Shown here in pieces: positions 1 to 15,869 of a DNA stretch of 64,000 nt; the stretch's first letter is position 1; each line of letters begins with the position of its first letter. The DNA lies in assembly GCF_009914755.1 (NCBI RefSeq), contig NC_060933.1; one strand, 5' to 3'. A model generated the notes under the pieces. The model saw only the letters and a program-made list of their open reading frames with translations, was not told the DNA's origin and did no database searches. The DNA comes from the human T2T-CHM13v2.0 reference genome, Homo sapiens. A program made the translations under genes and the position numbers.

Positions 1-106
1 AAATACAGGGTGACTTCTGTAAACAGTGGTCACTGTCTCAGTTGCTGCAGGAAAACAAAAGTTTTAATGTCACAGAAAGTCACAAATGAGCTGACTACTT
101 GTAATG

Positions 107-456
107 TGCTAAGTTTGAGTGTGTTCCCTAGAATTCTTGTGTTAGAAACTTGGTCCCCACTGCAGCAGTGTTGAGAGGCAGAACTTTTGGGAGGTGACTG
201 GGTCATGAGAGCTCTACCCTCATGAATGGATTGATGCATTCAAGGATTGATGGATTAATGGGTTATTGAGGGAACGGGTTAGTTATCGTGAGAGTGGAGC
301 TGTTTTACAAGTCAGTTTGGCTGTCCCTCGTGAACCCCCTTGACAGGTGATGTCCTGCACTGCGGATTCCCCACTAGCAAGAAAACCCTTACCAGAAGCG
401 GCCCCTCCAACTTGGACTTCCCAGCCTCCAGAATTAAAAGAAAACAGACTAAGACA
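107..456 (+). mobile_element. MaLR solo LTR (MSTD/MLT1A-like)
   Basis: Begins tgctaagtttgagtgtgttccc, contains ccctcatgaatggatt and ttggacttcccagcctccaga, and ends aacagactaagaca. Confidence 0.75.
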
Positions 457-1392
457 CAACATTAGTGCCTACCTGAACAGTCCTCCACCCCAAACACTAG
501 CATCTACTTATCTGGTCCACATCTTTGTCAACTGGTCTTCTGTTGACTGTTGGGACCATCTGGCATTACAAGGCAAAAACAAAACAAAAACAAATAATAG
601 CAAATAAAGTGCAGAGGTGCAAATATTGCAAAAATAAATAGATGGATAGTAGAACTGCATAAAGTTGAAGAGGGGAAAGTTGGAGTCTTTCTCAAACCAG
701 CTGCTGACAATGGAGAAACTGGCGGGGTTGCACTGGTTAGAGAAGGAGTGATGAATGGAAAGAGTGGTAACATTAGAGGTGCTTCCAAAGAGAATGACAG
801 GAATATCAAATAATTAAGAAAGGCTCTTAAGAAAACTGAGTCAGTCCTTAAATATTTTTAATGAAATGTTTCTCTTCATGATTGAGATGACCCTTTCTGA
901 ACATGCTACAAAAGTCACATGTGATTTGAAGGTTATTTTGTGTGATTCACTGACTTTTTTTGAAAAAAAAATATAACTAAGATCAATACTATGTCATATA
1001 AAATCAGTACTACTTCTCTGTTCTAAGAATTCATGTACAGTTGGAACTACAACCTAGATGTTGATAGTCAAAGAGTAAACTAAGGTTATATTTATATTTT
1101 TTAGTATTGCTTTCAAGGTAAAGTTCTAACTGAATCACTTCTTACCCATACTTTGAGAATGGTGGTCATCATTTCAAATGAATGAATGTTCAGCAGCTTT
1201 TTGAAGGTACACATATGCAGGGATTCCTTAGAGCACCTCCGCTCCAGTGGCCGAAGTGTGGCATGATGGCTGCCAAGACGGGCAAGGGGTGGAGAGGCCA
1301 CCTACACTGGCTGGGCCAGAAACCCTTCTAGTGGAAGAGACACAGAATCATGTCCTGTCACAGTGCTTGGGATTTGAAAGGCTCTGGAATAA

Positions 1393-4260
<2,868 letters not shown>

Positions 4261-4376
4261 AATCAACTCCTAAGACAATGGGTTTAGTCCTCAAAGCCAC
4301 CATTATCTGCTTTCCTATATTAGGCTCCATTTTGAAAAGTATAGTGCAATTCCAGGGAACACAGTTACATACATAG

Positions 4377-4740
<364 letters not shown>

Positions 4741-4759
4741 TAACTTATGTTTCAGGATA

Positions 4760-4975
4760 GGGAGGTTATTAAATGCTTAAGGCCCAGCGTCTGGCAGATC
4801 AGAGTCTGGCTACCACTGATGGCTCTGAGCCTGGGCACGTCATCCATCCTCTTTGATACTTCCTGAGAAATGGGGAAACAGCTAGCACCCACCTCCCGGG
4901 TTGCCATGAGTATTAACTGGTGATAATGCACACTAGTGGTACTTTCAGTGCCTGGGCACCGGCAAAGCATTCAAG
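4760..4975 (+). mobile_element. MIR fragment
   Basis: Degenerate MIR core (aaatgggga...cacccacctcccgggttgccatgagtattaa...cagtgcctgg). Confidence 0.6.
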
Positions 4976-5759
4976 TCTTTTTATGATCTGAACAGTTAGA
5001 AAAGTTATTTCAGCCCTCTGGGAGAGTGCTCACAAGGACAACAAACACCCACGGGGATGTTTTCTTCATCTCGTTTCCTTCCTTATTAAAATTTTATTCA
5101 CGGGTAAAATTGAAAAGCAAAAAGGCTCTATAAAATCAAACCAAGATTCTACATTAATTCATAAGCTCCAACACTCTTAATGGTCTAATTGGTAAGAAGA
5201 GCTCATTACTGGCTAAGGCTGGGGGGTATATACAACTGCTGTGTGCAACTTCTGGCATGTCCACTATCTCCCGACCAAGACAGTATTTCCAAATGTAAGA
5301 GTTGAGGGTGATGCTATTATAGTGATTGATTTACATAAGAGAATCAGGGCATACGTATGCCTCTACTGTTAATTTATAGCATAGTTCACACACGGCCTTG
5401 GCACACTGCTGATTAGGACACCTGGTGAAATACCCCAGCAAGCCCTAGCCAACTTTAATGAGTTCCAATACTTGTTGGCCTCTTTCCTCCAACGAAACTC
5501 GGCAACAGAAATTCATGGTAATGAAGGGCAGGAGAACATAATTCTTTAAAAATTACACAGTTTTGCCAAATCCATCTGAGACTCAGTTATTCAGTAATTT
5601 CACGTATGTAGAACGACACAGAGAACCTGAGAATCAGGTGTTGGGTTTTTATTCTTTAAGTGACTAAGCAGCCAATATGCTGCATGAGACTACAGCACCA
5701 AGAGCTCATGAACTTCTTCACCAGACACCTGTCATTAAGCACCTATTTACCCTCATTTA

Positions 5760-6350
5760 AAATGCAGGTTTAACAAGCCCCGAACAAGTCATTCCTCAGT
5801 TCAAAAATCTTCAGTCATTCTTTTTTGCTTATAGAACACATTCTAGACTCTACCTTGGCACTTAAGGCACTCCAAGGGTTGGCCTTAATTCTTTTACTAT
5901 TTTTTTCCCTCTTCTACTTCCTATTCTCTTTCTTCAATCCAAACTGAACTACTTTCTGTTCCCAGCATATCACCTGCGTTTCTGCTCAGCGTCTTTGTTT
6001 ATGCTCCTGTCTGAACTCCTCACATACAGGAAGCTCCAGCAGTCCATCCCCATTTCAAATAGTACTTTTTTCATACAGCCTTCTTAGATCTCTTAAGGGA
6101 AAGGAAAGCCCCTCTTGTAAGAACTGTCTGCATGCATTGTGTTTGTACCATTCTTAAGGTGCCTCACTGTCTCCCTTCTATTTTATAAAGATATAATGCT
6201 ACAGGACAGTAATCATATTTTAAGTACAATATTTTAATAAGCACCACGAAGGCAGGATTTATCATTAGCTTACGTTTCCTCTCCAAGTGCCTCATACAGA
6301 GACCCCATAAAATATATAGTAGGAGTTCAATAAATATGTTGAATAAATGG
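5760..6350 (-). mobile_element. L2 3' fragments
   Basis: Ends with the typical L2 terminus ttcaataaatatgttgaataaatg. Confidence 0.55.
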
Positions 6351-9300
6351 AAGCATGCATAGACACCCATTTTGTATCAGAGGAAAAGGAAGCAAAAAAT
6401 AGGTTTATATACAGAGTGGGTCTGAACACACGCAGCATTACTTCTCAAGGTCCACTGTCCTCAAATAGCTTTGCACTTACGCTTACTGGTTTATCCAGCT
6501 TTATCTCTTTTCTCACACCAATGTACATTGTTTCCCTCACTGATCCAAGTTGTTTTAGATTAACCTTATTCCACATTAGAATTGTTTTTAAAAACCCCAA
6601 ATATATGATAAGTTTTTTTTTCTTGCCCCAAGACATGTCTGTGCTTCTAAGAATCGAAACTGGTTAAGAAATCCATAATTATTCAGTCTCAATTTAAACT
6701 ATATTATCAAAGCACATTTGTATTTCTTTAATGTGGTGAAGTAGAAAGTTATCATGGCATTGTAGGGGCATAATTATGTCATTAAAATGATAATAGCCTG
6801 GGCTTAATGAACTGTTTTATATATATATTTATAATGGATTCAAGTAATACCAATGAAACATTTTGAGATAACCATCAGCTAAAATATTCTAACCATTTTT
6901 GTTCTCTCTTTTCCCACAGGCAAAGCCCTCCTGTTCCCAGCCCCAAGTCGGTTAAACCCATGTTAAATCTATAGGTTGAAGACCTGGATCATTCGAAGCC
7001 CAGAGCCTTGCACAGCAGCGATCTGCTCCAACAGAGGGTGATGTCATCATCCGAGGCCACACAAATAATGCATTTCTCACCATCAAAAAGCTTCTGAAGC
7101 CATGTTCTCAAAGGCAAAAAATAAATAAATAAATAACCAATTAACTACACCAGTGTAAGGGTGAAACAAGTTCTTATCTGATAAAACTGACTTATAAACA
7201 CAGGTTATCTCTTCCCCCTTTGAAACAGCCTCACTGTATTTAAATGAAATGCGCTACAATTTGGAAAAATGGAGTCTTTCATTCATTTCCACATTTAAGT
7301 CCATCCATTCCTTGATGGTGTTCCCACACTCATTCCCAGACCACTGGCCCTTAGCTCTGTGGGAGAGAAAAACCAAAACCACTTTTAATTCCTATTAAGA
7401 GATATAGCTAAGAGCACAAGGAGATTTGCTGTAATAGCACACTACCTGCTAAGAACAGTCATAGTGACCATTTACAGAAGGCTTACTATGTGTGTCAGGC
7501 ACTGTACAAGGGTACATTATACTCATTACCTCACTGACTAGCAAAGCAGTTCTTACATGCAAGGCACTAATCTCCACTCATTTTCATTAGCATCACAGAA
7601 GCACAAAACACAACACAGAGCATGGAATTGGAGGTACACTGCCCAAAGTGACTCATTTATTAGAATGTGGAGAATCAGAATGCAATGCTGACGGGGAGAA
7701 AGCAAGGAGCACAACCCCTTTCCAAGCACCTTTTCTGAGTGGTCGAGCAGCCTTTGCTCTGTCCTTACCATCTTGGACTTCCAAGCCCCAGGCAAACCTG
7801 ATTCCACTGCCTCCTGTCTGGGGTAATGCACACTCCCCCTCTCTATTCTTGCTGTACTAACTCCTACCGTCAAGGGAAATGCAGAGACCAACTTATAACC
7901 TGACAGGATGAGAAAAAGAAAATAAAAAGCAAAACAGCAAATGTGATTTTGAAGCCTAGGATCCACCTACCTCTCCTTCGTGACACTCAAATCGGTACAT
8001 CCAGAAGTTCTCCATCTTTCCGGGTGCTGTTTGGGCAGCTGGGCCAGCTCTAGTGCCTCCACTTGAGAGCCGAGGCTAAGTCCTGACCTCAGTACTCGTG
8101 TGAGTTGTTTCCAGTGTTGTTAGATACCCGAGTCAATCATGCAACTGGTAACAGGAGATGTGACCACCTCCCAGGGTGTCCGACCCTCACATTAACCCCT
8201 CGCTGCCTGAATGGTCCAGGCAGTCATGCGTCACTGCTGGGCATCAGCAGCTGATGTTTCTGAGAAGGGGCTGGCCTATCCCTTCTGGCAGCAGCACCTA
8301 CTATTTCTGGAGAAAATAAACTCGGCTCTGAATTGCTACCAGAAACTTTCACACACCCCAAACTCTGCTACGTTTATAGAACCTGTGAAAAAGCATCCAG
8401 CTCATGTGGAAGGAACGGGTGGGAGTTGGGGGAAAAGAGGCTCTCTCAGGACCTGCATCAGGATGCACCTGGGCATGTGGTGCGAGCCTGGAGGACACTG
8501 AGGCCAGCTAGGGGCCGCACCTCTAGGCACGGGAAGTCTCTTCACCTTTACCGAGGGCCTGAGACAGCCTCATGCTGCAGTCTGAATAAGGGGTATGGCA
8601 AGCCAGCGACACCAACACAGAAAAGGGCTGCCTCCAGGGCCAATACGGTTTGAACCAAACCAACAGATAATCCTACATTGGGCTCAAGAGCTGGACTATA
8701 TATGCTGGTTCAGACCAGACCAGAGAAAGGTCAAGACAAACATGGCAGAACTAAGCTGGATGGAGGAGCTCTTGGAAACAGAGGCAGCAGTGTGGTTCTG
8801 AAGGCAGGAGGCAGACAGAGAGACCTCTGCAGAGAGACGCCCCCAGAGCTAATCAGCCTCTCAGTGATCTGTGGCGATGGGGAAGGATGTGGATGCATGA
8901 AAAGCGCTCATCTGAATAGATGACTTTAGCCTTCTCTCTCATCAAACCCTTTATCAGACATGCTGACAGGTCTCTCTGTGAGCCTACCTGATTGGCTAAT
9001 GTGCTATGATAGGACCAAAAGGTAGAAAAAAAGAGACACAAAGGGCCTGTGAACAATCCACAGCTGGCAAATCCTCCCATGCTAGTTGACAGTTTGCTGT
9101 GCTGTGGACAAGCTCTGCAGGCCAAAGTGGGAAACGGGGCCAGAGAGAGGGTGTCCTCAGGCACTGCCCTCTCTCTCCTCATTGTTCTGGCATTTCTGAC
9201 CACTCTTGTTGGCAGTCCGATTGCACCTACTCTAATCCGAATCAGTGGGATGCAAGTCCCATAGCTGCTAGCCACCATTCTAGAAAGCCCTTTCTAAATG

Positions 9301-10624
9301 GTGAGCACTGCAGGAGGTATCTCTTCCTACTTTACAGCACTGGGCATCTCTCAAAACACTTTCTTCCGTCTATTAATTATTTAAAGAGAGAAAATCTTGG
9401 GGTGTTGATTCTCAAGAGTCCAGACTGAATATTCCTCACCATTTAACTCTCCCTAGCCCATGGTGCAGCCATTTCCCCCATTATCACTCTTGAAAATTGC
9501 ACTGGTTTCCATTTATGAACTGCTCAGAACAGGCTGGGTGAAGCTGTTTAGAGTGTTCACTGCTGCTGTGAAAAGCTGCAACTTTTTCAGTTATTACTCA
9601 GAAATGACCAGCACACGTAAGACTTAAAATCACTAGTCAGACTCAAATAAAACTGCCAGGCCTTCTGGAAAGTTATAGAAAGCATCTACCCAGTGTCTTA
9701 TTGGTACAAAAGAACTTAGAATTCTTTCTCTGGCTCTTCTGTTTTTATTCTTTCTTCCCTTTCATGTTCATTCTGCACCTGAAACCTACTTAATTATTCA
9801 CCACCATCTTCTCCATGACTCATCAATAATGGATAACACCTGCGATGGAAAACTCCCCCAGCAGCACAAAGGCGGTTGAGATGGAAGCATGAAGAGGAGG
9901 ATCCACATGCCTCACCCAAGGGAGAAACCAAGCACTGAGATGCCAGCCTGTCTCAAGGCCTGCACTCTCCTGTGCGGCTCCCCTACACCACCAAGACCCC
10001 TTAACTCTGTGCTTCCCAAACATTTTGCACCATGGCACACAGGGAAATGTTAATATTTGTACAATACACTGGGCCACACAGAGGGGACCTGGAGGCCACG
10101 ATGAGGCTGCACAAGGGTTGAAGACAACGTGCCCAGTGGCCCAGGTCACTCTCCATCCCCGAAGTCCGAGAGTATCATCAGCACACTGCTTGAAAAGCTC
10201 TGCCTTAACTTATGAAAGGGTCTTTACAGCAAATTCTTTTGACAATGGCAGTCCCTTGGGGATAAAGTTAAACTCCTCCTTCTGAGCAGTCCACCATGGA
10301 CCTGCTCTTTCTTCAGGACAACACCTCCTCTTTTCCATTTCCACAGCCTGCCCTAGTCCCAGCTTTTTCTGACATAGCCCCCTGCACCATCTCTGTGCTA
10401 GCTCTCACACACCTTCCCTTTTACGCCACTTTGGTTTCATCGTCCATCGGTCACTTCGGGATCTGCAAATCTGCCTCATCTCAGCCAGACAACAAAACAA
10501 ATGCAGCCCAGGAGTTCAGAATGGTTGACAAGGTCAGTGGGAGAGGACAAGGCCAGCAGCTGCTCTGCCCTAAATTTGAAGCCCAGTAGCTCTTTGCTGG
10601 CATGGAACGATGACAGATACCAAA

Positions 10625-11128
10625 TGTGGAAGGCAGAGTTCTCAGATGGCTCCCAATCATCTCCACCTCCTGGTATTCAGCCTCTTGGGTAATCTCCTCC
10701 CTGGGGAGGGAGCACGGCTGAGTGACTTACTCTAAGCAATAAAATACAGCAAAGGTGATAGGATATCACCCTGTGACTGGGTTACAAAAAACCATGACTT
10801 CCATCTTGCTACCAGACTCCATGACCTTCTTATCCTGCATACTTTATGAAGCAAGATGCCAAGTGTCAGACAGCCCATGTAGCAGAGAACTGAGGACACC
10901 TCTGGCCAACAGTCAACTGGGAACTGAGGCCCTCAGCATCAATGCCCATGGGAAGCTGAGTCCTGCCCCACAAGCATGTGAGCTTGAGATGACTGCAGGC
11001 CACCTGACCCCCTGATGGCAGCCTCCAAGAGACCCTAATGGAGAGAAACTGTGAGATAGTCAAGGAAGGTTGTTTTATGCCACTAAATTTTGGGGAAATT
11101 TGTTACACAGCAATAGATAATTAAGACA
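10625..11128 (+). mobile_element. MaLR solo LTR (MLT1F/E-like)
   Basis: TG...CA termini, tttgttacacagcaatagataattaagaca end, and a 5-bp TSD ccaaa/ctaaa. Confidence 0.8.
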
Positions 11129-14100
11129 CTAAATAAGGATTCAGATGAAAGGCTTAAGAGCAGAGGAGGCTTGAAGGTCTCGCTTGGGGCTTGACAAAGG
11201 ACTAGCTTAGATTGTACACTCTGCACCAGCAGAGCCTGTCTGTGTCAGTCAGAGCCTCTATCTGTCATTGCTGTATCCCTGGGGTCTTGCACAGTGCGTG
11301 ATCTATAGAAGGATCTAACAACGTTTATTGAATGAGTGGATGATAAATTGTAAGATGCACTTTCAACTTTTGACCTAGAACAGTAGTCACAAACTCTCTG
11401 TAGTTCACTGGCAAAATAAGGAACAGCATAGCTTTGAGGCCATATTTCTTATTCCTTTATGTAGCTAGTGTTCAATGAAACACAAAGGTATCAGCAGAGA
11501 AACAGCTATGACAGCTCAGCTTAATCACTTTGCATGGCAGACGGTTGAGAACACATTTATACCTCTGATACCATTTGCTTGTGTAAGAAGTTTCCCATCC
11601 TTTTCTGAGGTCTGCCTGGAAAACACACTGGGTTCCATTTCTGCTGTCCCAGCAGCGGGTCCTTTGGTTCTAAGGTTATGCTTCTGAATAAGCTTCTGGG
11701 ATGTTGACTTAAAGGGTATGCCAGCCCCATTTTTCTAAACAGTCTGGATCATATAAGAAAACAAAGTTGGTTTTAGAGCCAACACTGGAATGTATACTCT
11801 TCTGCAGCAGGTAAGGGAAAATCGGAGATAAGGATGCCTGGAGTTTTCTTCCTCTTAACAGCACAAATGGAGACAGACTGGGGCTAACTATCCTAGAACC
11901 ACCCTTCTTCCCTTCCCTAGGAATACATCACATTCCAGCCAAGAATTGATCCACTTGGGGAAATAGGGTTCCAACTGAACACATATTAATCCTAAATTCT
12001 GTCTACTTGATTTCAGATCCCATTTCAACTTCATCCCTTGCTAACCGGATCCTGGAAAAATTTTGTCTGTTCAGAACTCTGCAAGGTGTAATCAGCAAGA
12101 GGAAATCTCTCAGTTCAGAATACCTTAACAAGAATCCTTGACAAAAAATGGCATCCTTTGGCAGCAAGACAGTTCTTTTCGCTCGCCCTTGTAAGCTTGA
12201 CAACACAACAGCAAGGTCGACAGGATAAGAGGCTCTAACAAGTCTTAATGAATTAGCATGTGCACTTGACCTTGGTCAGTAGTTTCCTAGCAACGGTTCA
12301 AAAAAAAAAAAAAATCCATGTCGGTGGCATGCTGAATTCAGGGCAGGGAGAGGGTAACATCAAGGCAATCAAGGCCCCAGATGAAGCCATGAAGCTCCTA
12401 CACCCTCACTGCAACATTTTTCTTGAAATTAAAAAAAAAAAGTGGATGTAAAAGTACACATGATCAGGGCAAGAGTTCACACCAAGCCCTTACTTCTCAG
12501 GATTTTGACAATACCTCCATCTCAGCAGGAGAGTGGCTGGTTTCTGATTAAGAAGCATTAGTGCTGAAATGGTTTCCTGCTTCAAAATACTTTCTCCAGT
12601 GGTCTCTGAAATCAGGAGTAGAATGCCAATAAAAGGTAAATGTTATCTGGAGGGGCGGTGCATGTTGCCATTATCACTAATTAGCAGTTTAGTTTGATTT
12701 AATCAGACCAACCCTGGAAGGAAAGGCTGACGGTATAATGCTGCTTAAGGTGGAAGCTGAGAACTAGGGTCGCCTGAGTGCCTGACCAGGATGGGCAGCC
12801 CAGTGGGGGATCTGAATGCTGAGGACAGCAGAAAGGAAACACTAGCCTAGAGAGGGTGAGGAAGGGCTACTAAAGGCCAGCCCCCTAATTCAGATCGCCA
12901 GTAACCAACCCCAAATGTTAAGTGAGCTTTGACTTCCAAATGTAACTGACACAACAAACTTGTGATTCTTGTTTCACATTTCCATATAGGACTCGATATC
13001 TGCAAAACCATTTTCTCTCACAGCTTCCCTGGGACATAAACCTGATTAACTCATTTTACTGATGAGGAAACTGAAGGCTGGGAGGAAAGCAGGTGACAAA
13101 CTCAAGGTAACTGCAGCAGATCGACTGTGAGCCAAATATTTACATACGATGGACACTCTGAGCAGCGCATCTGTGTGACTTGCTCTGAGAGAGATACAGG
13201 AGAACGATGAGACACCGACAGTGAATTACAGAGGCAACAGGTTAACTCACGCAAGAAAAGCGGAAAATGAGATCCTAAAGAGTTGAGTGTTAAACTCTGG
13301 TCCACAGCTTAAGCTAGCACTTACCAATTTTGACTGAATCTTATTAACACCCGTGCCAAGACCCAACCTCCAGAGGCTCTAATCAAGAAGTCTGGGGCCT
13401 TGAAATCTATGTTTAAAGAGCGAAGCCCGGACTTTATCTAATCGGAATGTGACCTGGATAGAGGCGAGATCCGCATGATTACAAGCATGGGGTAGAGGCC
13501 AGTCCAGAGAAGCATAAAGACATTTAGCATTTTTCATTTTAAAGATGATCACATTTATAGCCAAATCGCATTTCATAATTCTCCCAGGTCACAAAAAGTC
13601 TATTTTCAGCTATTCCTTCCGGGTAAACTGGGGCCAAAATGTTCAGACTGACTCCAATTCTCCTTCAATCCATTACCAGACTTGTTTACTCACTTTTTGG
13701 TGTCCCACGGGTAGGGTCTGACCAAGAGGTCAGCTAGGCATGTCAAGCTGAATGTCTGTTGTCTCAATATGAGAAACAACAGGAGAAAAACTGCAAGTGG
13801 AACTCTTCAGGGGAGTGAAGTGGCCTGTGTCTAAACAGAAATCCTCCTCTCTTATCGCCGCTCTTAAGAAAGCAGTCAGCGAAGACTGTGTTTCAAAACA
13901 AGTGGACTGAGAAACTACATTTTTGGACTCAGAACATGTTGCCAGTTACACTTGTAATGGAAGTATTTTTCATTTTAAAGATGATCATGTTTGTACTCAA
14001 ATCACATTTCATAACTCCCAGGACAACATGGGCTCCAGGATACAACTGGGTTACATATGAAATTCAATTATCTATGATATATCTGTTCCTCTCCCAGCAC

Positions 14101-14153
14101 CTTCCCTTCTTCTCCAATATGGCCCCAGTACACGTATCACAGAAAATATGAGT

Positions 14154-14260
14154 GGCTGGGCATGGTGGCTCATGCCTGTAATATGACACTTTGAGAGGCC
14201 AATGCTTGAGGCCAGGAGTTTGAGACCAGCCTGGGCAACATAACAAGACTCTGTCTCTAC

Positions 14261-14304
<44 letters not shown>

Positions 14305-14453
14305 CTGGGCATGATGGTATGCACCTGTAGCCCTAGCTAGTAGGTAGGTTGAGGCAGGAGGATTCCTTGAGCCCAGGAGTGTGAGGCTGCAGTGAGCTAG
14401 GATTGTATCCTTGCACTCTAGCCTCGGTCACAGAGTGAGATTGTCTCTAAAGA
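14154..14453 (+). mobile_element. AluJ-type element with a (CA)n microsatellite replacing the central A-rich linker
   Basis: Diverged Alu arms and a left-arm deletion; (CA)18 at 14265-14300. Confidence 0.88.
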
Positions 14454-15869
14454 GTGCATAGTCGGGGCAGAGGACACAATTTTTCTAAAGACTACTGGGC
14501 AGTTTATTGAGCATACACTTATTCAGCAAGCATGTCAGACACCCGAACTGTGGCCTATGAGCTGCAACTCTGACTAGCAACTGACAACAAAATTCTCTCT
14601 AGCTAAATCGTCCATTTATTTCCCTGTTGTTTGTCCCATCACTTCTTGGCACAGTTTCACATATATACTGTCTGGTGAGACAATCCATCAAAAAGTTGAG
14701 AAAGATTCCTCTTGGGAGAGGGGTCAGGCAAAGTGAAAAAAATTGGAGCCCAGAGGGTTAAAAAAGATCAATCTTCTCCATCAGTTTCTTTTATTCCACA
14801 GAACACACAGTAACTGGAAAACGTGCCTTCTGGTGTGCAGATCACCAGACAAGTTTTGCTCTGGTGATTTCTAGATGGTGATGGTCTGATGTCAGTGGGG
14901 GAGACACCTGCCAGGCAACACATCTTGCCTAGAGCTGAACCGACAGGTGAAACTCTAAAGACAAGCTAAAATAATTGGAGGCAATACTTCCAATCCAGGT
15001 GGTGAGATCAAAGCAAACATTCTCCCATCTCTTTTTGTTTTTTTTTCCTTGATTGAAATGAATCATTTGTTCTTCAAATGGGATTTCAGGGTGAAGCCTT
15101 TTCATTTTAAAGGTGTACCAGTAAAATCATTAAATCTTTAAAAAAATTACTCCGGTTGCATTAGGTTCTCACAGTTCATAGAAAAACGTCTCATTTTGTT
15201 GTTGTTATTGACAACTAAAGTCTCCTAGAGCATTATTCTCCACTGACAGAAATGACACTTTACTGTGGATTCTAAGTTGCAGAATGGGCCATTAAATGCA
15301 CCCTGGTAAAAGAAGACATCTCAAAAACATTTCATTTTTGAAGTAAAGACCATTTACCTACATAAGTATACAAACCTGAGGAGAAATGAACGCATCACAC
15401 TTCACCTCAGCAAGCATCACTCCCACTGCAGTTAGTATTCCTGCTGCTATCCTTCCCACAAATGTTCTGTGCTTTCCAAACTAAGCACACTATCAAGCCC
15501 ACAGCTCCTGAACTCTTCAGATTTTTCATTGTCAAGTTGTAAATTCACTTACCAATTAGTGATCTTCACCTTAAGTAGTACAGCCCCGGCCTTGACCTAC
15601 TTTTTATTTCTTTACTCTTATGTGTGTCACATAAGCCAAATGCAAGTGTGTGTGCTTAACACAAACACCGCAGGAAATTAAAAACTTAGTGCACTCATCT
15701 TACCATATAACATAGTTAATAAAGCAGTTGTTTCTTAGAAATTGTGCACAAAATGTACAGAAGTGTTTGCCTTTCTCTGTGTTTCCAGGAAAGCAGTAAC
15801 AATGAGATGGTTCCTTTGGTCAGTGAGTCATCTCTAAAGGATTCCTACTCTTGCATATTTTTCAATTAA

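Noticed and set aside
860-930. Minus-strand peptide VACSERVISIMKR resembling the hAT transposase dimerisation motif
   Set aside because: Too short, with no supporting ORF or terminal inverted repeats; it would need a Dfam/Pfam search.
8060-9300. GC-richer stretch with many 70-140-aa ORFs
   Set aside because: No recognisable homology or exon structure; possibly an ancient LTR relic that I cannot name.
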